From NCBI RefSeq assembly GCF_001194135.2, contig NC_068987.1:40485210-40549209 (forward strand): a stretch of 64,000 nt of DNA, given 5' to 3'. This DNA comes from Octopus bimaculoides (taxonomy: Eukaryota). The first letter of the stretch is position 1, and each line of letters opens with the position of its first letter. The notes under the pieces were generated by a model. That model was not told the origin of the DNA. It ran no database searches and saw only the letters and a program-made list of their open reading frames with translations. The position numbers and the translations under genes were made by a program. Below are positions 1 through 12,229 of this stretch, one piece after another.

Positions 1-246
1 TGCCACCCACACAAGAGCCAGTCCAGGGGCACTGGCAACGATCTTACTTGGCTTGCTGGGTCTTCTCACGCACAGCACATTTCCAATTTTTTGTATTAAA
101 TGTATTTAATATTTTTTGTATATCAATTTGCTTGTCCTTACATTACTGCTCTACCTGCTCAAGTTCAAATCTCTTGAGCACTACAAAGTGTATCCTATAT
201 GGTGAGTACCTGTCTCTAATCTATAAACTAATATTAAAGCTATAAA

Positions 247-390
247 CATTTTTGTATTGGAATTATGTACATTATTTACATTATTTACATTTGACGAATA
301 TTTGTCCTCATCTTGTTTGTTGTTAATACAACGTTTCGGCTGATATACCCTCCAGCCTTCCTGGGTTCTCATTCCTAAGGTATTTTTCGA

Positions 391-425
<35 letters not shown>

Positions 426-1220
426 TCACTGTCTGGAAATAAACTCAGAATCTTGGGGTTAGTAGCCCTTGTTCTTAATCACTACGCCATATACCCATGG
501 GCAATTATGGAGTGAATTTTAGGGCTTATATGATCAGCTATACCCGATTTATCAATATCTCCTCGTGTCACAGCTTTGCGATGTTCTTCTACCCTTATTT
601 TGAGGAGGCGACATGTTTTGCCTTTGTATAACCTACCACAGCTGCATGGGATGGAGTATACGCAGTTTTTGGTAATATTCTCTTCTATTGGTGGTTTTAC
701 CCAAAGGAGTTATTTGCGAAGTGTTGTATTACTCTTGAATACTGCCCTGATGTCATATGGGCCACATATCTGGGCAACATAATTATAGAGGAAGTTAACA
801 GAGGTGTTGGAGATAGAGCAGAAGGATTTAAGGGCTGGGTGGAAGGATTAGACAAAAGACAGGAAGGAGTTGAGTTCTTTGTAGGAGAGTAAGGTCACAC
901 TGATACAGTTGTCAATATACTGATTGTATAGTGCAGGAATAAGACTGGTAAACTGTGAGAATATTTGAGAGTCAATGCAGCTAACAAATAGGTCTACATA
1001 GTTGGGGCCCACACTCGAGACCTGTTGGTAAAACGCTCCAATGAACAAAAAGCAATTCAAAGAGAAAACCAATTTATCTAACTGGATGAGAGTAGGAGTG
1101 CTAGGCTGGAAATCAGGATGAAAGTCAAGAAAATGTTTGAGTGTAAGGAGGCCTTCATTATGAGGGATAATGATGATGAAGGTAAACAAGAGTCAGGAAG
1201 GTCCAGGAGGAAATGAGAAG
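247..1220 (-). mobile_element. Decayed Penelope-like element: RT remnant plus pseudo-LTR-like segment
   Basis: ORF 848..1189 contains PSTPTLIQLDKLVFSLNCF...GPNYVDLFV...YNQYIDNC, a degenerate PLE RT motif set (YIDD). 331-360 carries a truncated hammerhead-like GGCTG/CAGCC-GAAACGTT. Confidence 0.7.
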
Positions 1221-1656
1221 GAATTAACCCTTTAGCATTCAGATTATTCTGCCAAATGTAATGGTTATTTATTCACATTGTTTTGAATTAATTATGCATT
1301 ATCTAACAGCTTTGAAATTTCGATGATGTGATTATAGTTTTAGCAAAGGAAGGAGCCAGGTTGAGTGTTGGAAGTGGGAAAAGAATTACTGACCAGTAGA
1401 AAGAAAATTTTGCTCTTAGTGAAATAATGCTTTCAATAGTTATGAAATATAATTTTAATTTGCTAGAAAGTGCAGTTAAAGTTCTTATAACTATTCTTGT
1501 TTATTTCTTCAGCGTTCTTTTTCCTTCAACTTTTAATATCAAATATTTCTGTTAATAAAATTTTGTGTAATGAAACTGTCATCTATTTTCTATTGAAAAT
1601 TTTATATATTTTTCACAAGTGTCTATACTTTTATGATGTGGTGGTTTATCTGCGAG

Positions 1657-2056
1657 ATCACGTCGGGGGGGTCACCACTTTTTTAGCCGGTCACCACTTT
1701 TTATAGCCATGTTTTGTTACCGTTTGTGTAACACTATTTTTATATGTTTCCTATTTGGAAATAGATAATAAATATATTTTACTTTCGAAGTAGGAATATA
1801 TATTGATAAACCTGTTACTTATAACTTACTTATAAGTGTTATCATTATACGTAAATTCTGACTCCAGCTACATAAACGCCATAGCGAGGAGTATATACTC
1901 AGAAACGCTAACAGACATTTTATGTGTGCATGTATGTTGAAGATAAACAAATTCGTGTTCTTTTAACCACTATATAAAAAATACAGTTTCATAATTGCAG
2001 AAATAAAATTCATTAACAAGTTGAAGAATGTGAAGAAAGAGAAAATAATTACTACA
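1657..2056 (-). mobile_element. Probable 5' LTR (about 1698-2056) with tRNA-Trp primer-binding site of a truncated LTR retrotransposon
   Basis: Plus-strand ATCACGTC(G)7TCACCA at 1657-1677 matches the tRNA-Trp 3' end (ATCACGTCGGGGTCACCA) with an expanded G run. The upstream block starts TGTAGTAA on the minus strand, like the LTR at 5965. No partner LTR is seen. Confidence 0.6.
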
Positions 2057-2231
2057 TTATTTCATTTATGTACATTTAGCATTTATAGTACAATTGGAAA
2101 GTAAAGTCATTTTGTTGTAGAGAATTACGACTTAAATTTCACACTAGCTAATCTTTCATACTAACTACTAGAGTTCCTTGTTGGATTTTTTATCATAGAC
2201 ATGGCATACAAAAAAGGGCCAATATCTCAAT

Positions 2232-2355
2232 GAGTGACTGTCATGGAGTTTAGTAACAAACCAACGAACACTATCGTGAGTGTCATGGAGTTTAGTAACA
2301 ATCCTACAAACATTATCGTGAGTGTTGTGGAGTTTAGTAACACCCAACGAACACT
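2232..2355. repeat. Minisatellite, 42-bp unit, about 2.8 copies
   Basis: The GT[C/T][A/G]TGGAGTTTAGTAACA unit starts at 2240, 2282 and 2324. Confidence 0.85.
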
Positions 2356-2489
2356 GATTAATTTCCTCAAAATCAGGGTTTTTATACTGGCTCATACCTG
2401 AATTCTAAGAACCATATTTCATGAAAAGAATTCTTTTTGACGAAAGTCTAGAATTCAAATATGGGCAGTAATTTTAACCAATGTTTGGG

Positions 2490-5400
2490 AAAACAACCAT
2501 TATGTCATATTGCTGCCTTTTATGACTTGCTACAGCTGGATGCCCTTCCTAATGCCAACTGCTCCAAGAGTGTAACAGGTGCTAGTTGCATGGCATCAGT
2601 ATCTGCCATGACTACAATTTCATTTGGCTTGATGGGTCCTCTTCTCATGAATGGCATATTGCCAAAGGTCTCAGTCATTTGTCATTGCCTCTGTGAGGCC
2701 CAATGCTCAAAAGGTGTTTTTTACGTGCTAGTTACACCACACCAGCAATGGCCACATAGCCTCCGTGAAGTCCAATACTTGAAAGGTGCTTTTTACATCC
2801 AACCAGTACGGGTGCTAGTTACACAATACCAGCATTGGCCACATTAGCTCTGTGAGGCCCAAAGCTCAAAAGTTGCCGTTTTACGTGCCACTGGCATGGG
2901 TGCTAAATACATGACACCAGCATTGGTCACATTGCTTCTGTGAAGCCCAACGCTCAAAAGATGTTCCTATGTGGTTCTGGCATGAGTGCCAGTAACATTT
3001 CACCGGCATCAGCCACGACTATGGTTTCATTTGGCTTGATGGGTCTTAACAAGCAAGGCATATCACCAAAAGTCTTGGTCACTAGTCTTTGCTTCCATGA
3101 GGCCCAAAGTTCAAAGATCATGCTTCACCACCTCATCCCGTCTTCCTGGGTCTACCTCTTCTACATGTTTCCTCCACATTCAGAGATTGGTATGACCATA
3201 GCAGCACAGTTGTCTCACTTGCACATTACATCTGACACCTCTTATGCACAGCTTTTCTCTCAAGATGCTTACACTGTTGTACATGCACGCTGACATTGCA
3301 CATCCAGCAAACATGCCAGGTTCATTTCTTTCAAGCCTATGGCAGTCACAGCCCATGTTTCACTGCCATGTAGTATAGCTCTTCGCACATGGACATCAAT
3401 CTGAGGGAGAGGCCCTTTGTTGCCAACAGAGGTAGGAGCTCTCTGAACTTTGCCCAGCCTATTCTTATTCCAACAGCTACACCTCAAACCATCCACCTCC
3501 ACTACTGACCTGGTTACCTAGATAACAGAAGCTATCCACTACCTCTAGCTTACCCCACTGACATTTGATGGAGTCTATTTTCTGTACATTTTTAGTGTTT
3601 ATTGTACCTGTGCACCTTCCACACACAAAAACTATTTTTCCAATTAACTTTTCTCTGATATTGCTACACCACTTATGTGTCCATAGCTTGCACTGGGTAC
3701 ATCTTATGAAATTTCTACCTACACCTTTCCTACAGATCAAGCAGGGCCATCTACCTGAAGGCATTTGTAATTTGTCTACTTTCCTACTTGCTAAGACTTT
3801 GGTTTTGGCTAGGGTAACTCTAAGGCCCTTCAGTTCTAGACCTTGTTTCCACACCTGATATTTCTTGTCTAGTTCTGATAGTGATTTAGCTATAAGAACA
3901 AGGTCATCGGCATAGAGGAGCTCCCAGGTGCTTCCCCCATGTCAACAAAGGCCTAGTACAGAGGTTTATATTTAGCTAGGTATTTCCCTTGCAGCTGCCT
4001 TACCAGAAATATAGCATCAGTGGTGCTTCACCATGGCACAAAACCAAACTAAATCTCATCTAGACTAACTCTCTCCCTAATTACTTGAGCTATGATCTTC
4101 TCTGTCTGTGACTTTCATCACCTGATCCAATAATTTGATACCTCTGTAATTATTTCTCTCTAAGGCATTTTAGTAGAAAGTGGGTTATACATCTTTAGAT
4201 TGTATACCTGACTTTCTACTATAAAATTAAAGAAATAGACGGAACGCTGAACTCCAGACTAAACAACTTAAACAACATTTATTTACTTGGTAAAACATAC
4301 ATATCTTTAGTTATACATCTTTAGAGGTGAGAATAACGAGCTGTCGAGTATAAGACCGAAAGATGTAGGGACAGCTTTTAAACACACGTCCATGCTCAAT
4401 CGCTGGCCAGCGAGAAAGAGAATGAATTGAGCGGGAAACGCTTGCTTTATTAATTCTACGCATGCGCAGGCNNNNNNNNNNNNNNNNNNNNNNNNNNNNN
4501 NNNNNNNNNNNNNNNNNNNNNNNNNNNNNNNNNNNNNNNNNNNNNNNNNNNNNNNNNNNNNNNNNNNNNNNNNNNNNNNNNNNNNNNNNNNNNNNNNNNN
4601 NNNNNNNNNNNNNNNNNNNNNNNNNNNNNNNNNNNNNNNNNNNNNNNNNNNNNNNNNNNNNNNNNNNNNNNNNNNNNNNNNNNNNNNNNNNNNNNNNNNN
4701 NNNNNNNNNNNNNNNNNNNNNNNNNNNNNNNNNNNNNNNNNNNNNNNNNNNNNNNNNNNNNNNNNNNNNNNNNNNNNNNNNNNNNNNNNNNNNNNNNNNN
4801 NNNNNNNNNNNNNNNNNNNNNNNNNNNNNNNNNNNNNNNNNNNNNNNNNNNNNNNNNNNNNNNNNNNNNNNNNNNNNNNNNNNNNNNNNNNNNNNNNNNN
4901 NNNNNNNNNNNNNNNNNNNNNNNNNNNNNNNNNNNNNNNNNNNNNNNNNNNNNNNNNNNNNNNNNNNNNNNNNNNNNNNNNNNNNNNNNNNNNNNNNNNN
5001 NNNNNNNNNNNNNNNNNNNNNNNNNNNNNNNNNNNNNNNNNNNNNNNNNNNNNNNNNNNNNNNNNNNNNNNNNNNNNNNNNNNNNNNNNNNNNNNNNNNN
5101 NNNNNNNNNNNNNNNNNNNNNNNNNNNNNNNNNNNNNNNNNNNNNNNNNNNNNNNNNNNNNNNNNNNNNNNNNNNNNNNNNNNNNNNNNNNNNNNNNNNN
5201 GTTTGAAGAGGTACGCTTTTACAGAACGATCGACAGACACAATTTCTGTACTATCATTAGCGAAAACCTCGAAGAAAAATGTTCTTAACCCAAGATGAAA
5301 GAACGACCGTGCGAAATGAATAACAAGAGTTATTGTGTGACATCAAAGATGTATGTGTAATGTGAGAGTGTGAAATGCGACATATAAAAATATAAAAAGC

Positions 5401-7640
5401 AGGCCGTAAATCCTGTCTGTTTCTCGTGAGTGGAAAAAAAATCCACTCTAACAGAGACGAGAATAAAAACCGCTCTTGTTGAGTCGTGTTGACTATGTTT
5501 GGAGATGTTGGTAATGTGTAGTTCAGTCTCCATGGCCGTATTTGTTCTTTAGTCGAGGTTCACCAGTTATAACTTGGTAATCCGTAGTTCATGCTGCGTT
5601 TTTTTCTTCGTCGGGGGTCACCACTTTAGTTCATGCTGCGTCGGGGGTCACCACTTTAGTAGAAAGTGGGTTATACATCTTTAGATTGTATACCTGACTT
5701 TCTACTATAAAATTGAAGAAATAGACGGAACGCTGAACTCCAGACTAAACAACTTAAACAACATTTATTTACTTGGTAAAACATACATATCTTTAGTTAT
5801 ACATCTTTAGAAGTGAGAATAACGAGCTGTCGAGTATAAGACCGAAGATGTAGGGACAGCTTTTAAACACACGTCCATGCTCAATCGCTGGCCAGCGAGA
5901 AAGAGAATGAATTGAGCGGGAAACGCTTGCTTTATTAATTCTACGCATGTGCAGGCGTTACTACAGCATCAATTTACCTTTGTAGCAGTTGACTATGGCA
6001 CTGCTACACCAGTCATTGGGTATGACTCCTTCATGTAACACCTGGTTAACTATACAGGTGACTAAACTATAACCCACACCGCTAGATAGTTTAAGCATTT
6101 CAGTGATTATTCCTGATGGGCTGGGGGCTTTCCCCATCTTCATATCCTTCCTGGCTTTATTTACAATGCTACTGTCTGTCTGGATTGCTGGTCCCTCTGT
6201 TGGATCAACATTATGTAGACTCTCCTTCTCTCATGCATTCTCTAAATTCAGAAGCCTTTCACAGTAACACTTCCAAGCCTCTTTCTTTGTAGAGTCGCTA
6301 ACTGCAAGTGAACCCTCACCCATGTGAACACACTTCTCTCCTATGACATTACAATTTTCTCTGGTACACTGTCTTGCAAACCAAAACACCTCAAGCCACT
6401 GGTCCTCACACAGCAAAACATTGGCTACTTTCTTTTCTGCTTCACCCTTGGCTAAGTATACCTGCCTCCTAGCTTCCCTTCTAACTGCCTGATATAACTC
6501 CTTGCTACCCCCACATTTCCAGTCCTTCCAAGCCTGTTTCTGTGCTCTGATGGCCCTATCAACTACATTGTTCCACCACCATGTCACCCTAGATCTGGTT
6601 GGGACTTTGGACCACCCACAAATTTGGTCTGTGGCTCTCAGTAAGTTGTTTCCCAGTTATCCTTTATACTGCAAGTTTGTAACTCCTCCTCCTTCTCATC
6701 AAAAGCTTCAGTTAGGACGTCCCTAAACCTCTGTCTATTCAAAGGATCTTTAAACTTCCAGATCTTTCTTTTCCAAACTGGCTTGCTTCTTGGGCACCTT
6801 CATGCCCACTAACGAAGTCACTAATGAGTAATCTATGCTGAGGGGTACATTCTTCATCAGGGAAGGCCTTTGCATTTAAGAGCAACCACAAATCCCTTTT
6901 TCTGGTGAGGATGTAGTCAATCTGGCAAGAATGGTCACCAGATTTATAGGTTATCAGGTGACTGGCTGGCTTTCTGAAGTTGGTGTTGCAGATCAATAGG
7001 TCATTTGTATCACTGAACTCCAGCAACCTTGTTCTCTCTTTGTTTCAGGAGCCAATTCCATGGCCCCCATGCACTCTATGAAAGACACTTGGGAGCTGCC
7101 CAACATGTCAATTGAAATCACCAGCCACAAAGATAAGGTCACTGTCATTTATCTTCAAAGTGGCCTGCAAAAGAGTGTCATAAAAGCAGTCCTTCTGTTC
7201 ATTTGGCAAACCCAATTGTGGGGGCATAGGCAGAGATGAATTTTGCAGTGCTATTCTGCAAAACTAGTCTAAGCTTAAGTATCCTATCACATATTCTGAC
7301 TACTTCAATTACCTTATTTACCCATTTCTCTGCTAGAAGTATGCCAACATTTCCTACCCTGTACCTGTTGCCCTCCCAGAAGAATCTATACCTATACCTT
7401 TTCCCAGTGAGGAACCTGGCTGGAACTCCCTTCCACTGAATTTCTTGGATGCAGCACATAGCAACACATCTCTTTTCAAGCATCTCAACAATTTCACCTG
7501 ACCTACCCTGCAATGTACCTACATTGACAGTGCCAACTCTGAGGGAATGTATGGGGGGACAGGAGGTAACATGGGGAAGAACTGCAGTTATTGGTATTTG
7601 AGAAGAAGACTGTAACAAACATTTGCCAACAGACATGACA
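2490..7640 (-). mobile_element. Near full-length decayed RTE-clade LINE (APE endonuclease + RT + repetitive 3' UTR), split by an LTR element
   Basis: ORF fragments LRVGTVNVGTLQGRSGEIVEMLEKR...ISAYAP (APE), QIDYILTRK, GKAPSPSGIITEML, WKQGLELKGLRVTLAKTKV and CNTKLWTHKWCS-type C-terminal cysteine segments, with many stops and frameshifts. Confidence 0.9.
4169..5965 (-). mobile_element. Young, internally deleted Gypsy-like LTR retrotransposon (311-bp LTR, tRNA-Trp PBS, 4-bp TSD GCAT)
   Basis: Near-identical direct repeats at 4169-4471 (cut by a gap) and 5655-5965. GCAT lies at 4165-4168 and 5966-5969. PBS TGGTGACCCCCGACG sits one base after the 5' LTR. EVFANDSTEIVSVDRSVKAYL (about 5205-5270) resembles the Gypsy integrase C-terminal VSIDRLKPA motif. 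Confidence 0.85.
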
Positions 7641-7899
7641 TAGCATTTTTACTCATATTTAATCCACCAATGCTACCTCCATTGGACATGTGTGCTGTAC
7701 CAGCATTAGTACAGCAGTGTTAGTACAGATACCAGTAAATATGCATAAGTTGACTTAAGTTAGCTGGTTAGTTATTGTTACTGTTATTAGTAGTGGGTGC
7801 CATTAAAGTACAAATATAGGTAAATAAGATAGTTGAATAAACAGGATAAGGGTAATTAATTCGTTATATATAGTGGGTGACTAATTAATTAACTATTAA

Positions 7900-10680
7900 A
7901 TAACTAAGCAGTAAACAATAGCTGTTTTTGGTGGCTCGGTGGTTCAATATAATGATTGTAAATTGATTCCATTGTTAGATGAGACAAGCCTGCATCTTCA
8001 TGGAAGAAATCTTACATTTGAGGTGTCAATAGTAAGGAGATTAAAGATGGAATGATTTTGTGGAGAGCTAAGTGTATTAGAGGTGGGAATTGGAGAGGTA
8101 TTCAGATAGAGAATAATGAGAGAAGAAAATAAGTTTCAAGGGATAGGAGTTAATAAGGAGGCTAGCAGAGAGTTATAGTAATAGAGGTAGAAAATATGAG
8201 GAAGAGGAGAGGGTGGTTTAGGTAGTATGTAAATGGTAACCTTTGTGTTAGTTTGTAAGAAGGCTATAGAATTAATGGTTGAGATAGTAAGAAAGTGAAT
8301 GGCCATTATTTGAGGGAAATAAGTTGACTGGTTCAGTGGCTGATTACTAAAGTATGTAGGGAAGTATGATAGAAGATAGAGGGGTGGATAGAGTGGGGGT
8401 GAGTTGGTGGTCAATATAGCAGTTGATAGTGGGGGGGGGGTGAGCAGTTGATAGTTGGGTAAAGGAATTAGGTTGGTATTGGAGAGGGATTGGAGTTTAC
8501 TGTAAGGGAGGTGGAGCTCCGTTAGTCAAATATTAGTAAGGAAGAACCAGAAGTGCAATCTGTATGAGTATTGAATTGAGAGGCGGTATTGCAGCTAGTA
8601 TATGTTGTCGTGTGGGTAGAATTGAGAGAAGATGGCTTGAATCTGGTATTATTTAGTTGGATTACTAAGGATTGTATTATTGCTAATAGGTGGGTTAAAG
8701 TTTGGGTGTTCAGAGGATTGATATTGAAGTTTGAGTCTGTTTGAGGAGGCAATTATGGATCCTAAATTAAGTGTGGTGAAGTAGGAGATTTTCACAGATG
8801 ATTTATTAAAGATAGGGTAGTATTTGTGCTGTGGTGGGGAATTAGATCTTAGGATTTTAAAGAAGAGTTTAGGTAGGGATTTAACTTTGAGAGAGAAAGG
8901 TGGTGTGAAACATAAGATTTCCTGGCCTTAGAATGTTTAGAGTGTGTGGTTGTAGTGGATGGATCAGGAGAGGGAGGCTTGTAGTTGTTATAGGCTTGGG
9001 GTGGCCAAAGGGGCTGCTGAGTGCAATGTGTAGGGGGAGTTTTTTGAGGGTTGTTGGATTGGTATTGAGTGGAAGGACAACCTGTAGATTTGGGGTTAGT
9101 ATTGGGAAAGAGATGTGTTAATTTAGTTTTAAGCTTAGTATTGGGGATATAATAAATCTGTTCATAGAAGCCGCTTATTTGGAGGGTCTGATTATAATAT
9201 GGGGCATGACTGTTAAAAATTTCTTCATCTGCGGAAAAGTTGGAGATTCTGATAGAACTACACTATTAAGAGTAAATTTAGGATGATTAGATAGGATATT
9301 GATATATTGTAAAGATTGGTTGGGTTTATGGAAAGGGTGATATAGATTTGTATTTAAGTCCAGAGTAAGTCTCAGAAATTGGCCACCTTAGTGTCAATTT
9401 TGAATGAAATACTCAGTTTATAGTTTTTTAAAAGCTTGTGTAGGGCTTTCTTAAAGCAATCCATTGATGGTTGAGATAATCCAGTTGCTGAAAGGAGAGT
9501 ATCATCCTTGTATAGTTCACCAGAGAGGTTAGGGAAGTATTGTTTACTTTGAGAGAGAAGGAATAGGCTAACTAGGTCAGTAACCAGGGTTGAGTTTGAT
9601 GCATCCATGGTTATATCAAAAAAATTTGTATATGAGTTTCAGATCCAATTATTATCCTTAAAGTGAATTAGAGTCTTCCTTGCAGCCAGGATGATATTGA
9701 TGTCAGAGCAAGAGATGAGTGCATATTTTCGGGCAAAGATTAAGGCTTTATTTAAGAGAATTGGTGATATTGAGGAATAATAATTTGAGATATTGAACTG
9801 AAGGAAATGGGTATGTTGTTTATCAGAAAGAGAGAGAGAGACCAGGTGATGACATCGCTGGTGCAATTCCAGAGCTGAAGCTTAATGTCAGTTCTTCCTA
9901 GGGGTAAAATATAGTCGATAATGCATTTACTAATTCAACCTAGTTAGATTTAGTAGGGCAGATGAGTCTAATAGAAGGCTTAGTTGAGAAGTTGGGTTTA
10001 TGGTCCTTGAAGGTGAAGTGAGAGGGTGTATGGTTCACTTCTATTTAGTAAATTTAGATTAACAATGAGCTTACAATGGATGTTGTTAATCTCATTAAGA
10101 GCATTGCTATGTGAATGTTTATAATTTGAGTTTAGTTCCTTTGATATGAGGTTAGTACACATTTCCAAGGGGAGGGAGTAAAGATTGCCAGTTTTGTCAG
10201 AAAAAAACATACAGGTGTGGTGAAGACCTTATATTAGATATAATTTTGGATAATTCTTTCTGGAAGGAATTAATATAATTAGAGAATTAGAATAATTAGA
10301 GAGTTATGTTTTTTATCATATGTATATCTTTCTCAAAATTAGCAATACAGAGTTTGGGGGTGGGTTTTTATGGGGCTTTAGATTGTAAGAGTCCTTTTCA
10401 TTAGAAGATTCAGGGTTATTAGATTTGAGGTTGAAGTATAGGGCTCTCCACCTTATTCAAGTGATGAAATCATTAGTTTTCTGTAGTAAGAGTTCCATGT
10501 AGAGATCCGTAGATGGGATTGGGATATTTTTTGTAGATGTGCCCAAGAACTACTTATCCACGAGTGTTATCTATAAGTAGTGCTATATAGTTCATAGATG
10601 AGAATCAGATATTCTCCGTATAGAATACACCTACACTTGAGTGGGTAGAGGAGTAAACGTAAGGATCGATATACAAAGAA
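7900..10680 (-). mobile_element. Decayed Penelope-like element (RT with degenerate GLYRDD motif and C-terminal region)
   Basis: Fragments SDKTGNLY, FNISNYYSSIS.ILLNKALIFA, GELYKDDTL and KVANF-(LD) occur in the order expected for a PLE RT. Confidence 0.75.
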
Positions 10681-10826
10681 TATTTAATACATTAGGAGAG
10701 TATTGTAGTCTGCTTGAAGCATTGTGTATTGTTTGTAAAGAATAAAAAGTTTTGAATGGTACAACAATGCACTATAATACAAACAATGAGCTATATACCT
10801 GTTGTAATTTAGTCATCTATAGTCTG

Positions 10827-10863
10827 ATATGATATTTCGGAATAATATTCCTTCTTCAGATAT
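10827..10863 (-). ncRNA. Minimal type I hammerhead ribozyme motif (PLE-type), left arm of the palindrome
   Basis: Minus strand reads ATAT CTGAAGA A GGAAT-ATT-ATTCC GAAA T ATC ATAT: core CUGANGA/GAAA, 5-bp stem II, palindromic AUAU stem III, AUC cleavage triplet, 4-bp stem I. Confidence 0.7.
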
Positions 10864-11192
10864 TCTTAGATGGAGTCGCTGCTATAATCGGTTTTCTAAC
10901 GGCTTTTCTTTTTTTCTTTTTGGAAGCATCTCAGCAGTGATCTCACGAAGCTCCATCCGGAATTCCTCATGAGAAGTGCATGAGGTTGGCCATGTCTCAA
11001 TCTCGTGTGTGCTGGTACATCCATAGTGCTACAGATGTACCAGTACACACGAGAATGAGACATGGCTGACCTCATGCACTTCTTATGAGGAATTCCGGAT
11101 GGAGCTTCGTGAGACCACTGCTGAGACGCTTCCGAAAAAAAAAAATGGAAAAGCCATAAGAAAACCGATTATAGCAGCGACTCCATCTAAGA

Positions 11193-11229
11193 ATATCTGA
11201 AGAAGGAATATTATTCTGAAATATCATAT
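11193..11229 (+). ncRNA. Minimal hammerhead ribozyme motif, right arm of the palindrome
   Basis: ATAT CTGAAGA A GGAAT-ATT-ATTCT GAAA T ATC ATAT; same as the left copy but with a G-U pair at the base of stem II. Confidence 0.6.
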
Positions 11230-11356
11230 CAAACTATGGATGACTAAATTACAACAGGTATATATAGCTCACGGTTTGAATTATAGTGCATTGTTGTACC
11301 ATTCAAAACTTTCTATTTTTTAATACATTAAACACAAAGAATGCATAAAATGTATA

Positions 11357-12207
11357 CAGACTGTCTTCATTTAACGACCACTCAGAGTTACGATGAACTT
11401 TACGAGCCATCATTACATATTTTACAAAATATAAAAACTTAAAAACTTTGTCGTATTGTGCGCTGTACGAGAACTGCCATTGTGATGGCAGCACATCCCG
11501 AGCACCCAGCCTCACTTGCTCTCTCACTCTCCTGCCTATGGTTAGCCAGGCAACACAGTGATGCTCTCTGTACCTATATTACAATTTCATCTCTTTTTTC
11601 CATTATCTCTTGCACCCCATACTACAAGATGCCTCCAAAGAGGAAGAATACATCTTCACCTGTTGTCTGCCTTTCCAAGGTAGAAAGGCAGACAACTGAA
11701 CTTTTCCGATGTTATCAAGAAATTTATGACGGAAAAAAGAAGATAACAAAGCAAACAACACTGACAGGATTTTTCATGCATTTTGATGTCAAGAATGAGT
11801 TGCTTTTGTAATCTTTATCCAAAGTAAAACAAAGTTATTATGTTTGAGTTTCCTTTAAACCTTTTCACCTTTTCTATATAATCCTGAGAAAAGTTTATTA
11901 GGCATCTTATGTACTGGGCCTGGAATCAGAAACATACTTACGATGTCTGAGCTACAATAATACAGTATCCATATCCTAACTTTTAAGGTTTTCTTTGTGA
12001 TAATCTTACTGTTACTTATTCATTTTTCAATAATTTATGTTAGTGATTCTTGGCCCTGGACTGCATATACTTTATACAGTATGGTATTCTGTTTTTATAT
12101 GTATGTACAGTACACTATACTTATAAAAAAAAATATGTACCCCATGAATATTCGTTTAACGACGGGGCTGTTGAAATGTAACTCGGTCATTAAATGAGTA
12201 CAGTCTG
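11357..12207 (+). mobile_element. Internally deleted pogo/Tigger-like DNA transposon (851 bp)
   Basis: TA|CAGACTGTCTTCATTTAACGACC...GGTCATTAAATGAGTACAGTCTG|TA gives imperfect TIRs and a TA TSD. The internal peptide MPPKRK...YQEIYDGKKKITKQTTLTGFF resembles fused Tigger N- and C-termini. Confidence 0.8.
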
Positions 12208-12229
12208 TATATGTTTAGATACAAAAAGG

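Larger units (their letters stand above)
10722..11336. repeat. ~600-bp near-perfect palindrome (arms about 10722-11021 and 11034-11336, 12-nt loop)
   Basis: The centre reads CTGGTACATC-catagtgctaca-GATGTACCAG, and the arms stay complementary for about 300 bp with scattered, mostly transition, mismatches. Confidence 0.95.

Noticed and set aside
331-360. Hammerhead-like GGCTG/CAGCC-GAAACGTT on the minus strand
   Set aside because: The CUGAU part of the catalytic core is deleted.
4311-5298. Long ORFs of 270-309 aa here and at 49399-49812, 50575-51431 and 56105-56754
   Set aside because: They consist mostly of X from N gaps.
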